Origin: a bacterium | Lineage (GTDB): Bacteria; SAR324; XYD2-FULL-50-16; G965216635 | DNA: 64,000 nt | Assembly: GCA_965216635.1 (NCBI GenBank) | Contig: OZ244188.1 | Location: 736,001 to 800,000, forward strand | Direction: 5' to 3' | Part shown: positions 48,298 to 57,313 of the stretch, piece by piece | Position numbering within the stretch: the first letter of the stretch is position 1 | Layout of the letters: each line of letters begins with the position of its first letter | The notes under the pieces: model-generated | What the model saw: the letters and a program-made list of their open reading frames with translations, nothing else | The model's database searches: none | Told to the model about the DNA's origin: nothing | Program-made: the position numbers and the translations under genes

Positions 48298-48332
48298 ATT
48301 ATACAATAGCACTATATTTTTAGAAAAGTCAA
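48298..48332 (-). promoter_or_regulatory. Minus-strand promoter reading into the tandem hairpins
   Basis: Reverse complement: TTGACT-18bp-TATTGT with extended TG, overlapping TATAAT 7 nt before the repeat. Confidence 0.55.
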
Positions 48333-48426
48333 GTTTTTTTTTATTTTTTATAGAAAAAAATGCAATTTTCTCTAAAAAAGGCAAATTTTTCTAAAAACAG
48401 AGATTGTTGCTAAAACACCACCCAAA

Positions 48427-49971
48427 TTACTGACATTCTCTATAAGCCTCTCCCAAAAACTGGGTAATATCGGAAGCTATAATTGTATGTTTTTTTTTTG
48501 CTGCTAATTCACCTGCTAATCCGTGTAGAAAAATACCTACTATAAGAGAATCAAAAATATGTGTATCTTGGGCTGAGTTTTGAGCTAGCAAGCCAGCCAA
48601 TACTCCGCTTAAAACATCACCACTACCAGCAGTAGCCATAGCAGAAGTCCCACTAGAATTAAAATAGATTTTGCCTTGTGGCGAAGAGAGAGCACTATAA
48701 GCTCCTTTTAAAAGAATCCAAATACCCAATTTTTGAGATGCTTCTTTTAGTTTTTGTAGTCTTTGCAAACTATTCTCCGATGTACCAAAAAGTCTATCAA
48801 ATTCTCCTATATGAGGAGTCAGCACAGTTTTAGAATGTAAAAAAGAAAGCCATTTTTTATGCAAGGATAAAATATTCAAAGCATCAGCGTCCAGCACCAG
48901 AGGTATAAGGCTTTTTTGGTGAGAGGATAAGAATTTTTTTAAGGCTTTTTGTGTTACTTTAGCAGTACCCATACCCATTCCAATAGCAATAGATTGATAT
49001 TTTTCGTAATTTAAGATTTTTTCTATACTAGCACTTCCAGCTTTTTCAAACATAGCTTCAGGTAACTGAGCCTGTAGCGGAGTAGCCGTCTCTTTTCCAC
49101 TTTGCACTGTCACTAAACCAGCTCCTATTTTTAAAGCAGCTTTTGCAGCAAGGATAGCTGCTCCTATTTTTCCGTAGCTTCCTCCACAAATCAAAGCATG
49201 TCCACTAAGATTTTTGTAGTGATGCCTTTTTCTAACAGGCAGTTTTTTTTTAAGGTCTTTTTTTTCTATCCAAAAATAATCACTAGGTTCTCTTTCTATA
49301 AATTCATTAGAAAGTCCAATAGAGCGATAATCCCACAAACCAACAAAATCTTGATTTTCTGAAAACAAAAATCCTAGTTTAGGCAATTCAAAACTCAAAA
49401 CAAAATCTGCACAAAATACATTCTTTTTTTCTATCGGAGTGTCGCAAAACAACCCTGAAGGAATATCAACAGCCACTCGTAAAGCTAAACTTTGATTTAA
49501 GAAAGCTATAATTTCTGCTATCGTCTCGCTAATGGGTTTATTAAGTCCCGAACCAAAAATAGCGTCTAAAATCACTGCTTGGGAGTTATTTTGTATTTTT
49601 GAGGATAGTTGCTTTACTTGTTGGATTTCTTGGATAACAACCGTTGTATTTTGTAATTTTTTGTAGTTGATTTGAAAATTTTGGCTTGTCTGAAAATTTT
49701 GACGGGGATTTTTAGAACCCACTACAATATAACAAAAGACTCTCCAGCCATTTTCTGCTAATAATCGAGAGATAACCAAACCATCTCCACCGTTATTTCC
49801 AGTGCCGCAAAAGGCAAAAAGAATTTTTTCTCTTCCTTGAAACATTTTTAAAAACCAATCTGTAAAAATTTTTGAAGCTTGCTCCATAAGTTTTTCTGAA
49901 GAAATTTTTTTCTCTTTGATAGTGAACTGGTCTAGTTGACGGATTTGTTTTGCTTGTAGTATTTTTAACAT
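48427..49971 (-). CDS. nnr: Bifunctional NAD(P)H-hydrate epimerase/dehydratase
   Basis: CGTGNNGGDG, DAIFGSG, VDIPSG, LDADALN, TPHIGEF, MATAGSGDVL. Confidence 0.95.
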   Translation of the reverse strand: MLKILQAKQIRQLDQFTIKEKKISSEKLMEQASKIFTDWFLKMFQGREKILFAFCGTGNNGGDGLVISRLLAENGWRVFCYIVVGSKNPRQNFQTSQNFQINYKKLQNTTVVIQEIQQVKQLSSKIQNNSQAVILDAIFGSGLNKPISETIAEIIAFLNQSLALRVAVDIPSGLFCDTPIEKKNVFCADFVLSFELPKLGFLFSENQDFVGLWDYRSIGLSNEFIEREPSDYFWIEKKDLKKKLPVRKRHHYKNLSGHALICGGSYGKIGAAILAAKAALKIGAGLVTVQSGKETATPLQAQLPEAMFEKAGSASIEKILNYEKYQSIAIGMGMGTAKVTQKALKKFLSSHQKSLIPLVLDADALNILSLHKKWLSFLHSKTVLTPHIGEFDRLFGTSENSLQRLQKLKEASQKLGIWILLKGAYSALSSPQGKIYFNSSGTSAMATAGSGDVLSGVLAGLLAQNSAQDTHIFDSLIVGIFLHGLAGELAAKKKHTIIASDITQFLGEAYRECQ

Positions 49972-50042
49972 ATAGGTAGAGTAGATTTTTATTATAGAAT
50001 AAAAATATTATTGTTTTTTAATTAAAAAAACGCAATCATAAA

Positions 50043-50840
50043 ATGCAAACAACTTGTCTTTTAGGAGATACTGATATTTTTGAGCTTTATACTGAATTAG
50101 CAAATAAAAAATTTAGCTATCAGGCTTTATTGGAAGAGACAGATATTTTGACAAATCTCTACTACCATCAAATCCGAGACGGAGCCCAAGCCATAAGAAT
50201 TCCTACTCTTCATTGCACCGCAGAGCATACAAGTTTCCAAAAAAATGAACAGACTGTATCTCTAGAAAGCTTAATTAATCTACTAGTTTCAACTGCTAAA
50301 AAAGCTATTCAAAAAACAGAAGCAGATATTTTACTTATAGGAGTTATAGGAAATTTTTTTGATAATAAAACAAAAGATGTATGGCAAAGCCTTGCAGAAA
50401 AAACTATCTATCTAGCTGATTTTGGAGTAGATTCTATTGCTATTGAAGGAATTCAAAATTGGGAATTATTCCAAAAAAGTTTATTTGTTATACAGCAACA
50501 GAGCAATCAACCTCTTTGCTCTTTTTTTCCTTTAGAAAAATTAAAGAAAAAAGAGCTAAAAGAATATCAAAAATTATACGATTCTTTAGAGTTAGAATTA
50601 TTAGGCTTGGAATTGCAACCGCAAGATTTAAAAATATGGGGACCAAGCCTTATAGAATTATCGCAAAAAGTACAATTAGGTTTTTTATTAAAAAACTGGA
50701 ATTTGAAAAAAGAAAAAGAGCTTTTGATCTATTTTTTAAAGAATTGCAAGCTGGAATGTTTATTTGGTGGAGCTGGTACAAAAAGACGCTGGTGGAATGA
50801 TTTTATATACTCTTTTTTATCTCAAAACAAAAAAATATAG
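50043..50840 (+). CDS. Divergent homocysteine S-methyltransferase-like protein
   Basis: GAQAI..PT, GVDSIAIE, FGGAGT in place of GGCCGT. Confidence 0.45.
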   Translation: MQTTCLLGDTDIFELYTELANKKFSYQALLEETDILTNLYYHQIRDGAQAIRIPTLHCTAEHTSFQKNEQTVSLESLINLLVSTAKKAIQKTEADILLIGVIGNFFDNKTKDVWQSLAEKTIYLADFGVDSIAIEGIQNWELFQKSLFVIQQQSNQPLCSFFPLEKLKKKELKEYQKLYDSLELELLGLELQPQDLKIWGPSLIELSQKVQLGFLLKNWNLKKEKELLIYFLKNCKLECLFGGAGTKRRWWNDFIYSFLSQNKKI

Positions 50841-51066
50841 TTAATGAAATTTCTATTTTAGCTAAAATAAGAACTATTTTACAAAAACTATAAATTTTGT
50901 CTTGATAAATTTTTTATATTGTTTTAGAAAACAATCAGAAGAACCTAGTTTTAGTTAAAAATAAGGTTTCTTTTTTAGTCAAAGATAGTCTTACTATCTC
51001 AATCAAAACCAAGACTTTGCAAATTTAATAAATTTGTAAAATCACAAATAAAATAAAAAAATAAAT

Positions 51067-52272
51067 ATGGAAAACCAAAAAGTAGTTTGCGTGTTATACG
51101 ATGATCCAGTAACTGGATATCCGCCTAAATACGCAAGAGATGATGTTCCAAAATTAAGCCATTATCCCGGTGGACAAACAGTCCCTAGCCCAGAAGGTAG
51201 AGATTTTAATCCCGGAGATTTATTAGGCTGTGTTTCCGGTGAATTAGGTTTGAGAAAATTTCTTGAAAGCAACGGACACAAATTAGTTGTAACTTCTAAT
51301 AAAGATGGAGAAAATTCTACTCTTGATAAAGAAATAATAGATGCAAATATTGTGATTTCTCAACCCTTTTGGCCTGCTTATATTACCCGAGAAAGAATAG
51401 AAAAATCGCCCAACTTAAAAATGGCAATAACTGCTGGAATCGGTTCTGATCATGTAGATTTGGACGCAGCAATGGAGCACGGACTTACTGTTTGCGAAGT
51501 TACCTATAGCAACAGCATTAGCGTATCCGAGCATGTAGTAATGATGATTTTAGGGTTGGTAAGAAACTATATTCCCTCCCATCACTGGATTCTTAAAGGA
51601 GGTTGGAATATTGCAGATTGTGTAGCTCGTTCTTATGATGTAGAAGGTATGCATATAGGTAGTGTTGCGGCTGGTAGAATTGGTTTAGCAGTTTTAAAAA
51701 GAATGAAACCTTTTGACACCCATCTTCATTATTTCGATAGACATAGACTGTCTGCTGAGGTGGAGCAAGAATACGGTTTAACTTACCACGAAAATTTAGA
51801 AGATATGCTGAAAGTCTGCGACGTGGTCACTATCAACTGCCCGTTGCATTCTGAAACTATGGATTTATTCAACGCTGATTTGATAGCTAAAATGAAGAGA
51901 GGTGCTTATCTTGTCAATACAGCAAGAGGTAAAATCTGCAACCGCCAAGCAATAGCTGATGCTCTAGAAAGCGGACAATTAGCAGGTTATGCTGGAGATG
52001 TTTGGTTTCCACAACCGGCTCCTAAAGATCATGTTTGGAGAACTATGCCTAATCACGGTATGACTCCACACACTTCGGGAACTTCACTTTCTGCTCAGGC
52101 TCGTTATACCGACGGAGTAAGAGAAATCCTAGAATGTTGGTTTGCAGGCAAACCTATTCGCAATGAATATCTCATTGTGGAAGGAGGACAATTAGCAGGT
52201 GCAGGTGCACACGCCTACAGTAAAGGAGACTCTACTGGAGGAGCTGACGAAGCTGCTAAATTTAAAAGTTAG
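51067..52272 (+). CDS. fdh: NAD-dependent formate dehydrogenase
   Basis: VLYDDP..GYP, SQPFWPAY, AGIGSDHVD, AAGRIG, NTARG, MTPHTSG. Confidence 0.95.
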   Translation: MENQKVVCVLYDDPVTGYPPKYARDDVPKLSHYPGGQTVPSPEGRDFNPGDLLGCVSGELGLRKFLESNGHKLVVTSNKDGENSTLDKEIIDANIVISQPFWPAYITRERIEKSPNLKMAITAGIGSDHVDLDAAMEHGLTVCEVTYSNSISVSEHVVMMILGLVRNYIPSHHWILKGGWNIADCVARSYDVEGMHIGSVAAGRIGLAVLKRMKPFDTHLHYFDRHRLSAEVEQEYGLTYHENLEDMLKVCDVVTINCPLHSETMDLFNADLIAKMKRGAYLVNTARGKICNRQAIADALESGQLAGYAGDVWFPQPAPKDHVWRTMPNHGMTPHTSGTSLSAQARYTDGVREILECWFAGKPIRNEYLIVEGGQLAGAGAHAYSKGDSTGGADEAAKFKS

Positions 52273-52303
52273 TTTTTACTGATTTTTTAAGTTAGCTTGA
52301 TAG

Positions 52304-52342
52304 AGGCAATCCCACTTTGTTGTTTTTGGGGTTGCCTTTTTC
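52304..52342 (+). terminator. Rho-independent terminator after fdh
   Basis: AGGCAATCCC...GGGTTGCCTTTTT. Confidence 0.7.
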
Positions 52343-52430
52343 TTTTAAATTTTTTTTTAAAAATCTAAAGATAACGCAAATTCTCTTTTTATTCCTATTG
52401 ACATGGTATTTTTTTTATGAGTTAATTAAA

Positions 52431-52585
52431 TAGACTTTTGAATTTGCTTATCTAGTTTAGCCTATGCATCGTTGAAAATTTTTTTTAACTCTTGCCATTT
52501 GTGAAGAAATGCTCTTCAGTATTCCAGCGAGCTAAAAAAAATTTTTGCCTTGCCTAGCCGTCACATAACGCAAATTCAAAGGTCT
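52431..52585. mobile_element. MITE-like element, copy 9
   Basis: TAGACTTTTGAATTTGC...GCAAATTCAAAGGTCT. Confidence 0.88.
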
Positions 52586-52591
52586 CTTAAA

Positions 52592-52746
52592 TAGACTTTT
52601 GAATTTGCTTATCTAGTTTAGCCTATACAGCGTTGAAAAATTTTTTTAACTCTTGCCATTTGTGAAGAAAGGCTCTTCAGTATTCCAGCGAGCTAAAAAA
52701 ATTTTCGCCTTGGCTAGCCGTCGCATAATGCAAATTCAAAAATCTA
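52592..52746. mobile_element. MITE-like element, copy 10 (tandem, near-identical to copy 9)
   Basis: Same length, 6-nt gap. Confidence 0.88.
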
Positions 52747-52776
52747 TTTATTAATTAAAACTAAACCTAAGAGGTA

Positions 52777-53751
52777 ATGATGAAAAATTCGATATTAAAG
52801 CGGATTGTTGTTGCTACGGCAATAATTTCTGCTTTGTTTTTTAGTATAAATCCATTGATGGCTCAATATCCGGATCGTCCGGTAAGTCTTTCTGTGGTTT
52901 ATAGTCCTGGTGGTGCTACTGATTTTCAAGCACGGATTGTAACTATGGTCGCAGCAAATAAAGAATATTTGGGGCAACCAATAGTCATTTTAAACCGTCC
53001 AGGTGCTGGTGGAAGGACAGGTTGGAATCACTTTGCTAGTAAAGCTAAAACTAACGGCTATGAATTGGCATCTTACAATGTGCCTCACTTCATCGCACAG
53101 TCTATTAAGTTCAAAACAAAGTACAATATCAATAATCTGGAACCTATTGCGAATTGGGGTGCAGACCCTGCGGTATTGATAGTGGGAAAAAAGAGTAAAT
53201 TTAAAAATGTTAAAGCTCTAGTCAAATACGCAAAGAAAAATCCGGGTAAGGTTACTGTTTCTGGTGCAGGTTTGTATGTTGGGCATCATATTGCTTTTTT
53301 GCAAATTCAAAAAGCAACAGGTGTGAAACTAACCTATGTTCCTCACAAAGGAGGTGCTCCAGCATTGAAATCTGTGATTGGCGGGCAAGTAATGGCGGGC
53401 GTGAATAATTTATCCGATGCCTATAGAAGCCGTGATAATTTAAAAATTATAGCGATTGCGGATCTTCAACGGAATAAGGAATTTTTACCCAACGTGCCTA
53501 CTTTCAAGGAGCAGGGCTACGATGTGGATGATTCCAGTGTGAATTTTCGCGGTATTATGGTGCGTAAAGGAACTCCGCAAGCAGTTATTGATAGATTAGC
53601 GGCTGCTTTTCCAAAAATGTTTGCTAACTCTCGTGTTAAAAAGCAGATGAAAAATGGAGGCTCTCCTATTCGTATTATGAACCGTGATGAAGTGCGTGAA
53701 ATGTGGAATAAACGACAGGTTTTTTTAAAAGAGTTGTTAAAAGACCTGTAG
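52777..53751 (+). CDS. tctC: Tripartite tricarboxylate transporter substrate-binding protein
   Basis: YPDRPV..VV.SPGGATD, NRPGAGG, VPHKGG, PNVPTFKE.G. Confidence 0.92.
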   Translation: MMKNSILKRIVVATAIISALFFSINPLMAQYPDRPVSLSVVYSPGGATDFQARIVTMVAANKEYLGQPIVILNRPGAGGRTGWNHFASKAKTNGYELASYNVPHFIAQSIKFKTKYNINNLEPIANWGADPAVLIVGKKSKFKNVKALVKYAKKNPGKVTVSGAGLYVGHHIAFLQIQKATGVKLTYVPHKGGAPALKSVIGGQVMAGVNNLSDAYRSRDNLKIIAIADLQRNKEFLPNVPTFKEQGYDVDDSSVNFRGIMVRKGTPQAVIDRLAAAFPKMFANSRVKKQMKNGGSPIRIMNRDEVREMWNKRQVFLKELLKDL

Positions 53752-53825
53752 TATTGAGATTTGTTGAATTAGGCTTCCTATAAAGCCTAATTCAATGGTC
53801 TATAGTATAGTTGCATTAAATTAGA

Positions 53826-53938
53826 TAGACCTTTGAATTTGCATTCTATTTAGCCAAAGCAAGCCATTCTATACAGGCTTTCGCAAAAAGCCACTGGTAT
53901 GACCATTTGGCTAAGCATACCGCAAATTCAAAGGTCTA
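53826..53938. mobile_element. MITE-like element, copy 11 (inside the tct operon)
   Basis: TAGACCTTTGAATTTGC...GCAAATTCAAAGGTCTA. Confidence 0.85.
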
Positions 53939-53953
53939 TTAGATTTTATTTAA

Positions 53954-55441
53954 ATGGAATTTATCCAGTATTTTGGAAATGTTTTTGAGCCCTACAATTT
54001 TGCTATACTTATACTAGGCACAATTGGAGGATTGCTACTGGGAGCTACCCCTGGTTTAAGTCCTACGATGACTGTCGCCTTACTCATTCCTTTTACTTTT
54101 CATATGAGCTCGGTGAGTGGATTGATTCTACTCGGAGCTGCCTACACTTCTACTGTCGCAGGTGGTGCTGTCAGTGCCATTCTACTAAAAATACCAGGTG
54201 CTCCTGCAAATATAGCCACTGCTTTAGACGGACACGAAATGGCAAAACAAAACAAGGCGACCAAAGCCTTACATTTTTGTTTTATTAGCTCTGGCGTCGG
54301 TGGAATTTTAGGAGTTTTTGTTTTGATTTTCTTCACTCCAGTTTTAGCAAGAGTAGCTTTAGATTTTGGTCCTAGCCAATTATTTTGGGTTGCTATTTTA
54401 GGAGTCACTGTGATTGCTACATTGGATTCTTCTTCTACAATCAAAGGGCTTTTATCGGGAGCTTTAGGTCTTTGGTTATCCACCATAGGTTACGATGCAA
54501 TTCAAGGCGTAGAGAGGTTCACTTTTTCCGAACACCTAGAAGGAGGAATCCATATTATCCCCGCCTTGATAGGTTTGTTTGCTATTCCACAAATTATGGA
54601 AATGATTAGCACAGGATTAAAACAAATCAACATCAACATTCTTAAAACCGAAAAACAATCTGTACTACAATCTGTTAAGCAATGTCTTTGTCGCACCAAA
54701 TTTTTAGGAATTGGTAGCATTATTGGAATTATTATCGGACTGATACCGGGAGCAGGGGGACAGATAGCAGGCTTAGTTTCTTGGGATCAAGCTAGAAAAA
54801 TGAGTAAAGACAAAGAATCATTTGGTAAAGGCAACCCCGATGGTTTAATTGCAGCAGAATCTGCAAATAACGCTATGGTAGGTCCTTCGCTAGTGCCTTT
54901 ACTTACTCTGAGTGTTCCAGGTAGTCCTACAGCTGCGGTTTTACTCGGAGGCTTACTGATTCACGGTATTTTTCCGGGACCCAATCTATTCAATGATTAC
55001 CCCGAAGTATCTTGGACTTTTATAGATTCTTTACTTATTGGACAAATTTTAATGGTGGTTTTTGGTATTCTTTTAAGTGGTGTTGCAGCAAAAGTATTAA
55101 AAGTTCCCAAACACTACCTTGCTCCTGCTATTATGGTTTTAGCAATTTTTGGAACCTATAGCGTTCAGCATTCCTATTCTGATGTTTTGGTTATGCTAGG
55201 GCTTGGCATAGGAATGTGGTTGCTAGAGCATGTTGGTTTGCGAAGTGCTCCTTTGGTTTTAGGATTAGTTTTAGGACCTATTGCTGAATCCAATTTCGTT
55301 CAAGGAGCCATTATTGCACAAGCAAGCGATGGTTTGCTTCGCTATTTTTTCACAGGCTCTCTTAATATTTTAATGATTGGTTTGTCTCTATTATCTATTG
55401 TTTATAGCGTTTTTAGCTACCTCAAACAAAAAAAACAATGA
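53954..55441 (+). CDS. tctA: TTT large permease
   Basis: GATPGL, IPGAPAN.ATALDG, AAESANNA, LGLVLGP. Confidence 0.92.
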   Translation: MEFIQYFGNVFEPYNFAILILGTIGGLLLGATPGLSPTMTVALLIPFTFHMSSVSGLILLGAAYTSTVAGGAVSAILLKIPGAPANIATALDGHEMAKQNKATKALHFCFISSGVGGILGVFVLIFFTPVLARVALDFGPSQLFWVAILGVTVIATLDSSSTIKGLLSGALGLWLSTIGYDAIQGVERFTFSEHLEGGIHIIPALIGLFAIPQIMEMISTGLKQININILKTEKQSVLQSVKQCLCRTKFLGIGSIIGIIIGLIPGAGGQIAGLVSWDQARKMSKDKESFGKGNPDGLIAAESANNAMVGPSLVPLLTLSVPGSPTAAVLLGGLLIHGIFPGPNLFNDYPEVSWTFIDSLLIGQILMVVFGILLSGVAAKVLKVPKHYLAPAIMVLAIFGTYSVQHSYSDVLVMLGLGIGMWLLEHVGLRSAPLVLGLVLGPIAESNFVQGAIIAQASDGLLRYFFTGSLNILMIGLSLLSIVYSVFSYLKQKKQ

Positions 55442-55908
55442 AAGAAAATTTTTCAATCCCTTCACAATTTTTTAGTGCAATTCTCCTGATTATTACAGCT
55501 ACGGTTAGTTATGCTAGCTTTTCTGGAGAAGGTGCTCCTTACCTTTTTCCTCGCCTACTTTCTATTATTTTAATTGTGACAACGATTGTAGATTTTGTGG
55601 CAGGTTTTAAAAAAAGCAAACAGAAAAAACAGATTTCATTGGAAGCAGTAAAACAATTTCTACCTGGATTTATTCTCATACTGCTTTATGTTTTTCTAGC
55701 AGAATTAATTGGATTTTATCTTTCTAGTCTATTATTTTTAATATTCATTATCTTCGTCTACAGGAAACCTTGGCAAAAAAGAGCAGATACAAACAGAATA
55801 AAACAAGCAATTTTTGATGTTTTATTTTCTATTCTTTTCATAGTCTTTATGTATCTACTATTCAACTTAGTCCTAAAAGTCCAAGCACCCCGCGGAATTT
55901 TTCTCTAA
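55438..55908 (+). CDS. tctB: TTT small permease
   Basis: LFPRL, IGFYLS, C-terminal L...PRG; four TM segments. Confidence 0.85.
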   Translation: MKENFSIPSQFFSAILLIITATVSYASFSGEGAPYLFPRLLSIILIVTTIVDFVAGFKKSKQKKQISLEAVKQFLPGFILILLYVFLAELIGFYLSSLLFLIFIIFVYRKPWQKRADTNRIKQAIFDVLFSILFIVFMYLLFNLVLKVQAPRGIFL

Positions 55909-55912
55909 TACA

Positions 55913-57313
55913 ATGGAAACCGCAAATTCAATTCCTGCTTTAGTTCAAAAAGCTCGTCTAGCACAAGAAACTATTCAATCCTATACACAAGCAGAATTAG
56001 ACAAGCTCACTCACGCAGTAGCTTGGGCTGTGATGCAACCTGAAAGAAATAGCCTGTTGTCTAAAATGGCGGTAGAAGAGACTGGACTAGGTAAAGTAGA
56101 AGATAAAATCACAAAAAACTACCGTAAAACATTGGGACTTTTGCGTGATTTATCTAAAAAAAAAACTGTGGGTATTATTCACAAAATTCCAGAGTTAGGA
56201 CTCACCGAACTAGCAAGACCCATTGGAGTGATTGCTGCTTTAGTTCCTTCTACAAATCCTATAGCTACTCCAATCAATAAAATCATCAATGCTCTCAAAT
56301 GTGGCAATGCTATTATTGTTTCTCCTTCGCCTAAAGGAGCCAAAGTATTCCAAAAATTGTTAGAATTTATTACCGAAGAATTAAAAAAAATCAAAGCTCC
56401 ACTAGATTTGATTCAAGCTATGCCCTTGCCTCCTTCCAAAGTAGATACTGCTGAATTAATGAAACTTGTAGATTTAGTGCTAGTGACGGGCTCGCAAAAT
56501 AATGTGCGAGCAGCCTATTCCAGCGGGACACCAGCTATAGGGGTAGGCACTGGCAATGTCACCACCATTGTAGATAGCAGTGCCGATATTTTTGAGACAG
56601 CCCACAAAATTTGTATGTCCAAGTCATTTGACAACGCTACTTCTTGTTCTTCAGAAAATAATGTTGTTTGTTTAGCAGAGGTTTATGATCTTTTTCAAGA
56701 TGCTTTAAAAAAAGAAGGGGGGAAAATTTTGAATGAGGCAGAAAAACAAAAACTCTTGCAATGCCTTTGGCAAGATGGAAAACTCAATTCAAAACTTATC
56801 GCTAAAGATGCTCTATTTATTGCAAAACAATGCGGCATAGAAACAGAAGAAAAAACTCTTTTTTTGGTTGCAGAATGCACAGATACAAACCTTGCTACAA
56901 GCGAGCAAAATCTTTTAACTCGCGAGCGTATGTCTCCTGTGCTGACTCTTTTTAGAGTGGCTGATTTTTTACTAGCCAAACGCCTAGCCAGATCTCTTTT
57001 ACAAAATCAAGGTGCTGGGCATTCACTAGGTATTCACACAAAAAAAGATTCTCAAATTTTAGAATTGGCTCAAGAGATGCCAAGCTGTAGAGTGATTGTG
57101 AATCAAGCACACTGTTTTGCTACTGGTGGTGCTTTCAATAATGGATTGCCTTTTTCGCTTTCTATGGGTTGCGGGAGTTGGGGCAAAAATTCTATTAGTG
57201 AAAATCTAAACTACCGTCACTATATGAATATCACCCGAATTTCCCAAGAAATTCCTGCAAATGAGCCAACAATGGAATCTATTTTGGGAGACTATATTCA
57301 AAGGTATGGGTAA
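55913..57313 (+). CDS. sauS: Acylating (sulfo)acetaldehyde dehydrogenase
   Basis: DKITKNYRKTLGLLRDL, TGSQNNVRAAYSSGTPA, SKSFDNATSCSSEN, NQAHCFATGG. Confidence 0.8.
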   Translation: METANSIPALVQKARLAQETIQSYTQAELDKLTHAVAWAVMQPERNSLLSKMAVEETGLGKVEDKITKNYRKTLGLLRDLSKKKTVGIIHKIPELGLTELARPIGVIAALVPSTNPIATPINKIINALKCGNAIIVSPSPKGAKVFQKLLEFITEELKKIKAPLDLIQAMPLPPSKVDTAELMKLVDLVLVTGSQNNVRAAYSSGTPAIGVGTGNVTTIVDSSADIFETAHKICMSKSFDNATSCSSENNVVCLAEVYDLFQDALKKEGGKILNEAEKQKLLQCLWQDGKLNSKLIAKDALFIAKQCGIETEEKTLFLVAECTDTNLATSEQNLLTRERMSPVLTLFRVADFLLAKRLARSLLQNQGAGHSLGIHTKKDSQILELAQEMPSCRVIVNQAHCFATGGAFNNGLPFSLSMGCGSWGKNSISENLNYRHYMNITRISQEIPANEPTMESILGDYIQRYG

